Source of the DNA: a bacterium
Lineage (GTDB): Bacteria > Hinthialibacterota > Hinthialibacteria > Hinthialibacterales > Hinthialibacteraceae
Assembly: GCA_041946805.1 (NCBI GenBank)
Contig: JBHGBC010000067.1
Span: 1-29,076 of the forward strand
Length of the DNA: 29,076 nucleotides
Reading direction: 5' to 3'
Part shown: positions 1 through 8,422 of the stretch, in pieces
Layout of the letters: each line of letters begins with the position of its first letter
Position numbering within the stretch: the stretch's first letter is position 1
Notes under the pieces: generated by a model
What the model saw: the letters and a program-made list of their open reading frames with translations, nothing else
Database searches by the model: none
Told to the model about the DNA's origin: nothing
Program-made: the position numbers and the translations under genes

Positions 1-87
1 ATCCAGGAAAATCTACGGGAAGACATCCAGAAACTCGAGGAAGAACGCGAGGCCAAAAAACAGGCCGTCCGTGAGGCAGGGAAGTAA
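1..87 (+). CDS. 3' end of an unknown protein (partial, charged helical tail)
   Basis: Frame 1 reads IQENLREDIQKLEEEREAKKQAVREAGK then TAA at 85-87; GC3-rich codons as in neighbouring genes. Confidence 0.6.
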   Translation: MQENLREDIQKLEEEREAKKQAVREAGK

Positions 88-234
88 TTAGGCGTATTCG
101 GTTATCGCGCTCCCCGATGGAGAAGAGGGCGGTCCGTGTCCCCAGGGACCGGTTTGAGGGGCAAATCCGTGATCCCCTCTCTCCCGGGGCTGATCGTTAT
201 CCAGAAGTCTTGATCCTGCAAGAGATCCTAGGTT

Positions 235-262
235 GTAGGGGCACGTGGCAGCGTGCCCCTAC
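235..262. repeat. GTAG-type REP-like palindrome
   Basis: GTAGGGGCACG-TGGCAG-CGTGCCCCTAC, a perfect 11-bp inverted repeat starting with GTAG, intergenic. Confidence 0.7.
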
Positions 263-520
263 CGGTTTTTGGCGAAGGGGATTCGATGGACGTGGCGATG
301 GAGATCGATCGAATCCGATTCGCCCGGGGGGACCGGTAAAAACGCGGCACTACTCCCCTAACCGGTTCGTTCCTCTTTACGTGAGGGGGAAACAGCTATA
401 ATTAAACCCATCCCGTCCACATGTTTTTAGCCAGCTCGGGCGTATGGATTCAAAAGAACATGAACCTGCCACGCCGGAAAGGGGCCAGGAAATCCCTCCG
501 CATGGCAAGGAGGAGATTTT

Positions 521-1318
521 GTGAAAAAATGGTTTCAAGGTGAATGGGCCCTGATTCTGGGTTCTTCCAGCGGATTTGGGATGGCGGCGGCGCAAGCGTT
601 GGCGGCGCGGGGGATGAACATCTTCGGGGTTCATTTCGATCGGCGGTCGGCCATGGAAAAGATCAACGCGGACATCGACGCGATGCGGAAGCAGGGCGTG
701 GAGGTGGAGTATTTCAATTTCAACGCCGCCGACGAGGAAAAACGCCATTCGACCATCAAGACCATCCAAAAGAAGATGGGCGAGGGAACGGTGCTTCGGA
801 CCTTGGTTCACAGCCTGGCCTTCGGTTCCTTGAAATCGTACTTTGCCGAATCCAGCGAGGACGAAATCACCCAGCCGCAGATGGAGATGACCCTGGATGT
901 CATGGCCAACAGCCTGGTCTACTGGGCGCGGGACCTGCGGCGGGAGAAACTCCTGGGCGAGGGCAGCCGGGTTTTCGCCATGACCAGCGCGGGCGGCCAC
1001 CGGGCCTGGCCCTATTACGGGGCGGTCTCGGCGGCCAAGGCGGCGCTGGAAGCCCATATCCGGCAAATCGCTTTGGAACTGGCCCCCGCGGGTGTGCGGG
1101 CCAACTCCATTTGTGCCGGCGTCACCGACACCCCCGCGCTGCGCAAGATTCCCGGTCATGAAAAACTGGTCAACGAGGCCCGCTTGAAGAATCCCAACGG
1201 CCGCTTGACCACTCCGGAGGACATCGGCAAGGTCATCGCCTTGTTGTCTCTCCCGGAATCGGATTGGATCACGGGGAATGTCATCAACGCCGACGGGGGA
1301 GAGATCATTGTCGGATAA
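521..1318 (+). CDS. fabL: SDR-family enoyl-ACP reductase, FabL-like
   Basis: GTG start after AAGGAGGAG; LILGSSSGFG Rossmann motif, Y-x6-K (YGAVSAAK) of enoyl reductases, ELAPAGVRAN and WITGNVINADGG SDR C-terminus. Confidence 0.75.
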   Translation: MKKWFQGEWALILGSSSGFGMAAAQALAARGMNIFGVHFDRRSAMEKINADIDAMRKQGVEVEYFNFNAADEEKRHSTIKTIQKKMGEGTVLRTLVHSLAFGSLKSYFAESSEDEITQPQMEMTLDVMANSLVYWARDLRREKLLGEGSRVFAMTSAGGHRAWPYYGAVSAAKAALEAHIRQIALELAPAGVRANSICAGVTDTPALRKIPGHEKLVNEARLKNPNGRLTTPEDIGKVIALLSLPESDWITGNVINADGGEIIVG

Positions 1319-1324
1319 GGGGGA

Positions 1325-2506
1325 TTATACGTATTGTCCCGCGCAGTACCCCGATGACCACGCCCATTGAAAATTATGCCCGCCCAGGTGGCCGGTGACA
1401 TCCACCACCTCCCCGATGAAATAGAGATTCGATACTTTCCGCGCCTCCATCGTCTTGGGCGATAACTCCCTCGTGTCGACCCCGCCCCGCGTGACCTCGG
1501 CTTTTTGAAAGCCTTCCGTTCCCGAGGGTTCGATGTTCCAACCATGCAACTGAGCCGCAATCTGTTGAATCTGTTTTGGGGAGTATTGCCGGAGCGGCTG
1601 GGTCCACCCGTGCGCGCCGCACCAGGCTTGGGCGAACCGCCGCGGGAGATGTTCATTCAGCAGAGTGCCCGGCAACGCGCCGCTGGTCCGGTGTTTTTCG
1701 AGCCAATCCGGAACATCCAAACCCGGGAGCAGATTCATGGAGAGCGTCTCTCCCTCCCGCCAATAAGAGGATATCTGCAATATGGCCGGCCCGCTGAGGC
1801 CCTTGTGGGTGAATAGCGCGTTTTCGGTGAATTCCATATCGTGGCAGCGCACGGTGGCCGGAAGCGAGACGCCCCGCAGCGGGAACCAAACCGCCTGGTC
1901 CGCGGGGGAGAAGGTTAGGGGGACCAGGGCGGGACGGATTTCGGTCAGCGCGAGGCCGAATTGCCTGGCCACGCGGTAACCCAGGTCCGTGGCCCCCAGC
2001 TTGGCGATGGAAAGCCCGCCGGTGGCGATCACCAGTGATTGCGATTCAAAGGCTCCCTGGTTGGTTTGGACATGGAAGCGGAGATTCTTTTGGATCTCCT
2101 GGATGGTGCAGTTCAGACGGATATCCACCCGCGCCTGGGCGCATTCCTCCAGCAGCATCTGGATGATTGGCTGGGAAGATGCGTCGCAGAAGAGTTGGCC
2201 GAGTTTCTTTTCGTGATAGGGGATGTGGTGGATTTCCACCAGGCGGAGGAAATCCTGGGGCGTGTAGCGCGTCAGGGCGGAAACGCAGAAGCGGGGATTC
2301 TCCGAGAAAAAACAACCGGGGTGGGAATGGAGGTTCGTGAAATTACAACGGCCGCCGCCCGAGATGGCGATTTTCTTCCCCACCCGGGCGTTGTGTTCCA
2401 AGACCAGCACGGAGCGGCCGCGTTTGCCGGCCTCGAGGGCGCAAAACAACCCCGCCGCCCCCCCGCCCAGGATGATGACGTCTTTTTCCGGATTCATGCG
2501 GTACAT
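1325..2506 (-). CDS. HI0933/YhiN/BaiN-family NAD(P)/FAD-dependent oxidoreductase
   Basis: GGGAAG, GKKIAISGGGRCNFTN, LFTHKGLSGPAIL, AEVTRGGV, GEVVDVTGHLGGHNFQWAWSSG family motifs. Start could be 2497. Confidence 0.92.
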   Translation of the reverse strand: MYRMNPEKDVIILGGGAAGLFCALEAGKRGRSVLVLEHNARVGKKIAISGGGRCNFTNLHSHPGCFFSENPRFCVSALTRYTPQDFLRLVEIHHIPYHEKKLGQLFCDASSQPIIQMLLEECAQARVDIRLNCTIQEIQKNLRFHVQTNQGAFESQSLVIATGGLSIAKLGATDLGYRVARQFGLALTEIRPALVPLTFSPADQAVWFPLRGVSLPATVRCHDMEFTENALFTHKGLSGPAILQISSYWREGETLSMNLLPGLDVPDWLEKHRTSGALPGTLLNEHLPRRFAQAWCGAHGWTQPLRQYSPKQIQQIAAQLHGWNIEPSGTEGFQKAEVTRGGVDTRELSPKTMEARKVSNLYFIGEVVDVTGHLGGHNFQWAWSSGYCAGQYV

Positions 2507-2573
2507 GCGTACAGAGAATCAACCATGTTGAAAACTCATCCATCGGGCCGTTGGGGGAGAACTAACCTCAATT

Positions 2574-2606
2574 CCCTCTCCCTCTGGGAGAGGGCCAGGG
2601 TGAGGG
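2574..2606 (-). repeat. 33-bp CCCTCACCC...CCCTCTCCC...GGGAGAGGG palindromic repeat, copy 1
   Basis: Reverse complement matches 4403-4435 at 32/33 positions; internal hairpin CCCTCTCCC/GGGAGAGGG. Confidence 0.85.
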
Positions 2607-2734
2607 ATTTTTGCAGGGGCGGACCTTTGCGGCCGCACCCGTAAGGGAGTGAATCGATTACCCTTTCTGGCCATCCGATACACACAGGCCCGATAATCCT
2701 AGGACCGTTCCTGGTATTTCGAAGAAATGATCCT

Positions 2735-4318
2735 TCAGTCCTTGTATTCCAGATCGAGAATCTCCACCTGAAGGTTGCCGATCAGGCCGACGATGTCGGT
2801 TTGGGCCTCCAGCGAGCCTTCGGCCAGTTTGATGTGCGCGGCGTCCATCTCGATGCGGTTGAGCGTGGAATCGAGCGGCACCCAGCGGCCGCCCACGTAC
2901 ACCTCGTTCCAGGCATGGTAATAGAAGCCGTCATCCTGGAAGACCAGCCCCGCGATGATCTTGGTGGGAATGCCGAGGGAGCGGGCGAAAGCGGCGAAGA
3001 GGGTGGAATGTTCGTTGCAATCGCCCTTCATGGACGAAAGAATCTCGAGGGCGGAAGGAATGGTGACGCGGATTTCCTTCTTGATTTGGGTGTACAGCCA
3101 GTTGGCCAAGGCGATGGACGCCTCCCAGCGGTTGGCGGCCTGGCTCGTGATTTCCAGGGCCTTGTCCCGGATGCGGGCGTCGCCGCTTTGCACCAGCGAA
3201 TCGGATTTCAAGTAGGATTCCAGAGATGCGTCTGGATTGGAGAAGGGCGGTTTTTCGGCCGGGACGGAAGAACGGACCGCGGCATAGTCGAGGGCCTGGA
3301 TTTGGATGATCAGATTCCCCTCTTCCTCCTGAATCAATTTTTGAAACGAGCTGTCGAAGGGTATTTCGTCTTTCGCGACTCCCGCCAGTATGAATTTCAT
3401 GATTTTCAGAGCTTCGGGATTGGTGATGGGAGGCTCGATGAGAATGCGCGAAGCCTTGATGAGATCACGGCCGGCATCCACCGCGGGCTGGCTCTTGATC
3501 TCTTCGGAAACGAAATCCATGTTGGCCGCGTCATCCTTCGACTCGCGAATGGACGTGAAGGTAATGCCCGCGACGGGGCTCACCTCCTTGTAGACATTGC
3601 CGTTCGTATCGATCCAGGAGGTGGAGCGCAGGCCCTTCAGGTTGATCTCGACCTTGAAGGTGTCCACTTTCTCTCCTCCGGGCAGGGTGAGGGTCTCCCG
3701 GTCTTCCACCTTCGTGTTCACCGTGGCCAGAGACATGAGCATGGGGTCGAACACCGGGAAGACGTTTTGGCGTCCAGTCTCCAAACCCTCCCGGGCGAGG
3801 AGGAGATGGATCATTTCCATGTTGTATACAGGGGGATTGGTGGGGATCACCTCGTTCGTGGTATTGTTGTCCGACTTGGTGGTGACATGGAGGCCGTCCT
3901 TCTCGGCGGTGATCAAGCGCGAGAGGATTTGGCCGCTGGCCTCGTAGGAGAAGTTGAAGGCGCGCAGGGATAGATCCTCGTTGACCTCGCCCATTTGGCG
4001 CATTTTAATGGTCACCGGCATCCCCAGGGCTTCAATCTGGATGAACATGTCGGATTGAAAGAGAAAATGCTTGCCGGGCTGCGGCGAGATTGAATCGCTG
4101 CTGTCTTCTTTCAGCACGAAACGGGAAAATCCCACCTTCTTGTTGGCCAGGTAGAAGCCCAGATAATCTTGCCGCATGATCAAGGCCCCGTCGTTGATAT
4201 CGATGAGCGCGTCCTTGGCCAAAAACGACTGGCTGGTCACTTCCCGGTGCAGCAGTCCCATACAGATCAGCCACAAGACGATGAATAAGGGGGTGGTACG
4301 GTAGTGAAACAGCTTCAT
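2735..4318 (-). CDS. Exported/membrane-anchored transglutaminase-like domain protein
   Basis: N-terminal hydrophobic segment; C-terminal GDCNEH...ARSLGIP...YHAWNEVY...WVPLD with intact Cys-His-Asp triad. Confidence 0.88.
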   Translation of the reverse strand: MKLFHYRTTPLFIVLWLICMGLLHREVTSQSFLAKDALIDINDGALIMRQDYLGFYLANKKVGFSRFVLKEDSSDSISPQPGKHFLFQSDMFIQIEALGMPVTIKMRQMGEVNEDLSLRAFNFSYEASGQILSRLITAEKDGLHVTTKSDNNTTNEVIPTNPPVYNMEMIHLLLAREGLETGRQNVFPVFDPMLMSLATVNTKVEDRETLTLPGGEKVDTFKVEINLKGLRSTSWIDTNGNVYKEVSPVAGITFTSIRESKDDAANMDFVSEEIKSQPAVDAGRDLIKASRILIEPPITNPEALKIMKFILAGVAKDEIPFDSSFQKLIQEEEGNLIIQIQALDYAAVRSSVPAEKPPFSNPDASLESYLKSDSLVQSGDARIRDKALEITSQAANRWEASIALANWLYTQIKKEIRVTIPSALEILSSMKGDCNEHSTLFAAFARSLGIPTKIIAGLVFQDDGFYYHAWNEVYVGGRWVPLDSTLNRIEMDAAHIKLAEGSLEAQTDIVGLIGNLQVEILDLEYKD

Positions 4319-4402
4319 CCGACTTTTCCTTTGCCGGGTAATGATTTCAGGTGATTGAATCCGGATCTGAATTCCATCTTTTGTAACACCCTGAGAGGTC
4401 TT

Positions 4403-4435
4403 CCCTCACCCTAGCCCTCTCCCAGAGGGAGAGGG
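4403..4435 (+). repeat. 33-bp palindromic repeat, copy 2 (degenerate third copy near 4525-4560)
   Basis: CCCTCACCCTAGCCCTCTCCCAGAGGGAGAGGG; inverted relative to 2574-2606. Confidence 0.85.
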
Positions 4436-4484
4436 GATTGGTCTGAATCAGGATGGTCAGGGTACACAAGATGATCAGGATAGG

Positions 4485-4519
4485 GATGGGTTACGCGCTA
4501 ACGTGCTAATCCATCCTAC
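4485..4519 (-). repeat. GTAG-type REP-like element
   Basis: Minus strand reads GTAG-GATGGATTAGCACGTTAGCGCGTAACCCATC: GTAG followed by an imperfect palindrome (GATGGATTA/TAACCCATC). Confidence 0.65.
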
Positions 4520-4674
4520 GAATTCCCTTTCCCCGCCCCTCTGCCAGAAGGAGAGAGGGAGCGGGTGGTCTGTGCCATATCTTACTTCACATGGCTAAAC
4601 AGATAAGATTCCGTTTATACTAATCCTGGTACCTGATTATACGGTAGCCTGGAATGGGAAGGAAAACAAAGGCG

Positions 4675-6528
4675 ATGAAATCCATGCGGATACGTCGATG
4701 GTTCGCGCCGGCGGCGATGGCCGTCTTGGGGGTGGTGATTTCCGCCTGTTCCGGAAAACCAGACGCGGCCCATCCCGTCTTCGCCGGGAAGAACGTGCTG
4801 CTGATCAGTGTTGACACCTGCCGGGCGGATTACGTTCAGCCTTATAGGGAAGGCAAAGCCAAAACCCCCGTCATGGCGGCCTTGGCCGGAGACGGCGTCT
4901 GGTTCGCGGACGCGGTGACGCCCGTGCCGCTCACGGTCCCCGCCCACGCCACGCTGCTGACCGGCCTGCATCCCATTCAGCACGGTGTGCGGGATAATTT
5001 CAACTACCTGCTGAACGATACCGCGTTGACTTTGCCCGAACTGTTCTTGGAATCGGGCTATGCCACGGCGGGAGCCATCGGCTCGATCGTGCTGTCGCGC
5101 CGGTCCGGCTTCGGCCAAGGCTTCGACTGGTTCGATGACCGCTTCGCTCCGGCGGATTACGAATCCTACCAGCCGGTGGTGGAGCGCAACGCGGCCCGGG
5201 TGGTGGAATCGGCGACCGGCTGGCTGGAGACCTGGCAGGCCGCGGGCCGGGCGAAGCCCTTCTTTCTCTTCACGCATTTCTTCGATCCGCACATGCAGTA
5301 CAATCCGCCTCCCCCCTTTGACCAGGAATACCGCAACGCTCCCTACGCGGGAGAAATTTCGTATGTGGATTATTGTCTCGGGAAACTGATCGATTATTTG
5401 AAGGCCAAGGGCCTCTACGATGATTTGCTGATCGTTCTGGTGGGTGATCACGGCGAGGGACTGGGCGATCACAAGGAACACACGCACGGGCTGTTCTTGT
5501 ATGAAGAAGCGGTGCGGATTCCCTTCATCGTCAAACTTCCCTGGCGGGAAGGCGTGAAAACCGGTATCCGGAGCGGGCAAAGCGCGAGTCTCGAGGACGT
5601 GTTTCCCACGCTGGCCGGCCTGTGCGGCCTGGGTCCGGCTGAGACCAACGGCATCAATCTGGCGCCCTGGCTGCTCGAGGGCGCCGAACCCCGGCCGCGG
5701 CAAGTGGCGCTCGAAACGATGTATCCCTTGACGTACAACTGGAGCCCCTTGTACGCCTTGCGGGATTCCACCTGGAAATATGTGCACGCCCCGTTGCAGG
5801 AAATCTATCATCTGCCCGGCGATCCCCGGGAACGGGCCAACCTGGTGGACTCCGCCACCGCGCCCCTGCGGAAAATGCAGGACGCGCTGGAAAACCGGCT
5901 GATCGCTCTGGCCCAGTCGAAAACCAACGTGGCGTCCAACCTCATCACCACCGGCCGGATGGAGGTGCTCCACGCGCTGGGTTACGCCGCTGGGGGCGTG
6001 GTTCCCGGAACGCTGGGGCCGAACACTCCCCTGCCGGATCCCAAGACCAAAATCAATATCTACCTCCGCAACGACCAGGGGCTGGCGGCGATGGCCAAGG
6101 GATTCATCCCCGAGGCTATCGAGATCTTCAAGGAAGCGATTTTCGAGGATCCCAACAATCCCACCTCCTACCTGAACCTGGGCATGGCCTATTCGCAGCA
6201 GGAACGCTGGGACGAGGCCATCCAATACACGCAAAAAGCTCTCGAACTGGCGCCCCAGGCCAACCTCATCCATCTGCAGCTGGCCCGGCTGTTCCTGTTC
6301 GCGGGAGAGTTGGCCAAGGCGCGCCAACTGCTGGAGGCGATCATCCAGGACAATCCGGAATCGGCGGAAGCGCATTATCAACTCGGGAACGTGGCCCTCC
6401 AGGAGAAACGCTATGACGAGGCGGCGCGTCATTTCGAGGACGCGCAGCGCTGGATGCCGGATTTCCCTGGGATCGAAGAGGACATCCAATCCGCCCGCGA
6501 GGGGAAAGGGGAGGAAACGGGGGGGTAA
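4675..6528 (+). CDS. Sulfatase-like hydrolase/transferase with C-terminal TPRs, probable lipoprotein
   Basis: Lipobox-like VISAC; NVLLISVDTCRAD, TVPAHATLLTG, HFFDPH, GDHGE, HG alkaline-phosphatase-superfamily motifs; LHALGY; about 4-5 TPRs. Start 4654, 4675 or 4684. Confidence 0.88.
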   Translation: MKSMRIRRWFAPAAMAVLGVVISACSGKPDAAHPVFAGKNVLLISVDTCRADYVQPYREGKAKTPVMAALAGDGVWFADAVTPVPLTVPAHATLLTGLHPIQHGVRDNFNYLLNDTALTLPELFLESGYATAGAIGSIVLSRRSGFGQGFDWFDDRFAPADYESYQPVVERNAARVVESATGWLETWQAAGRAKPFFLFTHFFDPHMQYNPPPPFDQEYRNAPYAGEISYVDYCLGKLIDYLKAKGLYDDLLIVLVGDHGEGLGDHKEHTHGLFLYEEAVRIPFIVKLPWREGVKTGIRSGQSASLEDVFPTLAGLCGLGPAETNGINLAPWLLEGAEPRPRQVALETMYPLTYNWSPLYALRDSTWKYVHAPLQEIYHLPGDPRERANLVDSATAPLRKMQDALENRLIALAQSKTNVASNLITTGRMEVLHALGYAAGGVVPGTLGPNTPLPDPKTKINIYLRNDQGLAAMAKGFIPEAIEIFKEAIFEDPNNPTSYLNLGMAYSQQERWDEAIQYTQKALELAPQANLIHLQLARLFLFAGELAKARQLLEAIIQDNPESAEAHYQLGNVALQEKRYDEAARHFEDAQRWMPDFPGIEEDIQSAREGKGEETGG

Positions 6529-6563
6529 AGGTTCGTGTGGATGAACCTCCGCGTGAGACGCGA

Positions 6564-7988
6564 TCACGCCGTTAGAACCGCCCCCGCGGAGATGGTGTCG
6601 CCCAATCCCACTGTAAAGAGCGGATGCTCCACCAGCCGGGTGGGAACCGCGTGGCAGAAAAAACTCCGGTACGTGCCGATTCCCGACTCGAACAAATTCG
6701 GTTGCCGCAGACGTTCGGCAAGCGCGCGCAATTCCTGGAGGCCCCTATCACTAACCGGAGCTTTCCATCCGTGGGCGATGTTGTCCGGCGAGGAAAACAA
6801 GCCGTCCCGGGCGCGCGCGGCGGCCATGAGCGCGGCGAAAAGCAGGGCGTCGCGTGACGACTCGGGGGAGTGCCAGGGAGCGCGCTCCAGGCTCAGGTAA
6901 TAGCCCAGGTTGTGAAAGTGAATCCGTTCCACCGGGGCAGTATCGAGAAATGCCGCCATGGCGTGGAGAAACTCGGCGGCCGGGGACTTGCGGCGGAGTT
7001 TCCGGGACCGGTCCACGCCTTCGAGGACATCCAGGTAGAGGGGCAATTCGGTCTCGTTCAATCCCACGCTGTGGACGCGGGGCAGGATGCAATCCAGAAC
7101 GGCGCGGCGGATCGCGGGCGAGGCGATGGAGGCCAGCTCCAGGTGGATTTTCAGCCGTGGATGGCGCGCGCGGACGGTGTCCAGAAAATCCCCCAACGGC
7201 CGAATCACATCGTCGCAGGTGGAGCCGTCGGGGTACCGCTCGGAGAGGATATGAAAGCCGGAAAACAAAAGGTGGCTGTAATCGCCGCCGAGCGCGAGGA
7301 ACCCCTCGGCGAAGACCGGGTCCATGCGGAACTGGTTGTTGCGGGGATTCCAGGACGGAATGAAGCGGTTGGCGCGGCCGGGTCGAATCCGGAGACCGTC
7401 CAGGTCCATCGCAAAGTCCGCGCCGTACTCCAAAATCCAATGCACGGCGAAGATGCCCCGTTCCCGCGCCGCCCGCCGGGGGGATTGCAGTGCGTATCCC
7501 CCCTCCGCCGGGACTATGACCCGGAGATGATCCGAATCGCCGAACAGCTCGGCCAGTTCCACGGTCAGGGGATTGGCATAGACCGTGACCGGAATGCCCA
7601 GTGGGGCGAGCGACCGGGCCATGTTGCCGGACGTGCCGCCCAAGCGGTATTCGATGGGGCCCAAGTTGTCCTGTATCCACCGGTGCACGGCCTCGGAACG
7701 GATGACGCGCTGGCTGGCCGATCCCCGGTGGAGGGAATGAAAAAGGCCGGCGATAAGGTCCCCGGGGGTGTGGATCTCCAGGGGCACATCGCCCAGGCAA
7801 CCGGCCCGCGCCGCCTGGCGCAGGGCGGGATCGCGTCCGAGCACCGCCGCGAGGGTTGCGGGCGTCAGGCGGATGAATCCGTCGATGACCGAATGAAACG
7901 CGCAGGCCACGCCGGGCAGGGTTTTGATCTTTTCCAGACCCGCGAAATGGGCATTTTGATACAAGGCATTCCACGAGGCGATGGACAT
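6564..7988 (-). CDS. ADP-dependent glucokinase/phosphofructokinase family sugar kinase
   Basis: LGGTSGNMA, NRFI, FSGFH, KIHLELAS, SVGLNETEL, IHFHNLGYY and terminal TVGLGDTISAG, all characteristic of the ADP_PFK_GK family; RBS GAGGAG upstream on the minus strand. Confidence 0.9.
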   Translation of the reverse strand: MSIASWNALYQNAHFAGLEKIKTLPGVACAFHSVIDGFIRLTPATLAAVLGRDPALRQAARAGCLGDVPLEIHTPGDLIAGLFHSLHRGSASQRVIRSEAVHRWIQDNLGPIEYRLGGTSGNMARSLAPLGIPVTVYANPLTVELAELFGDSDHLRVIVPAEGGYALQSPRRAARERGIFAVHWILEYGADFAMDLDGLRIRPGRANRFIPSWNPRNNQFRMDPVFAEGFLALGGDYSHLLFSGFHILSERYPDGSTCDDVIRPLGDFLDTVRARHPRLKIHLELASIASPAIRRAVLDCILPRVHSVGLNETELPLYLDVLEGVDRSRKLRRKSPAAEFLHAMAAFLDTAPVERIHFHNLGYYLSLERAPWHSPESSRDALLFAALMAAARARDGLFSSPDNIAHGWKAPVSDRGLQELRALAERLRQPNLFESGIGTYRSFFCHAVPTRLVEHPLFTVGLGDTISAGAVLTA

Positions 7989-8422
7989 GGGAGATTCTCT
8001 CCTCTTCGTCCGGATGTCCCTACCGGGGGAGTTTGGAGGGAACGCGGCGTCCGATCAAGAGGAATCCCAAGGTATTGATTTCTCTCAGGAAATCCAATCC
8101 TCTTCCAGAATCTTACGGGAGTGGCCGGACGGGACACATGCCTTCGCCCGGGGGCCATCCAACTGAGTTCTTAAACCTTCCATACTCCCTGCCGATCATT
8201 ATGCTGATTTCGAATGGGACTATCTGCCCTCCTCCAGACTTCTTCCGGAGGGGATGGGGCAGATTGTCGTTTTAGCCGGAATGGCCGGGTATCGGCAATA
8301 TTTCGTGAGCCAGGGAGTTCGGTTGTTTTCAGGTTGATTGGCATTTCATGTCACGGTTTTGGAATGATCCTCTTCTTGGATCCCCCCTCGCTCGAGGGAC
8401 CACCACACGGAGTGTGTAAATA

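Noticed and set aside
2574..4435. Composite transposon or IS around the transglutaminase-like gene
   Set aside because: No transposase and no target-site duplication seen; repeats look like a dispersed palindrome family.
4615..6567. 650-aa minus-strand ORF, and similar long antisense ORFs (2801-3973, 6870-8078, 14624-16147, 15885-17366, 18134-19366, 24891-26231, 26337-27608)
   Set aside because: Shadow frames of well-supported genes in GC-rich DNA; no recognisable motifs.
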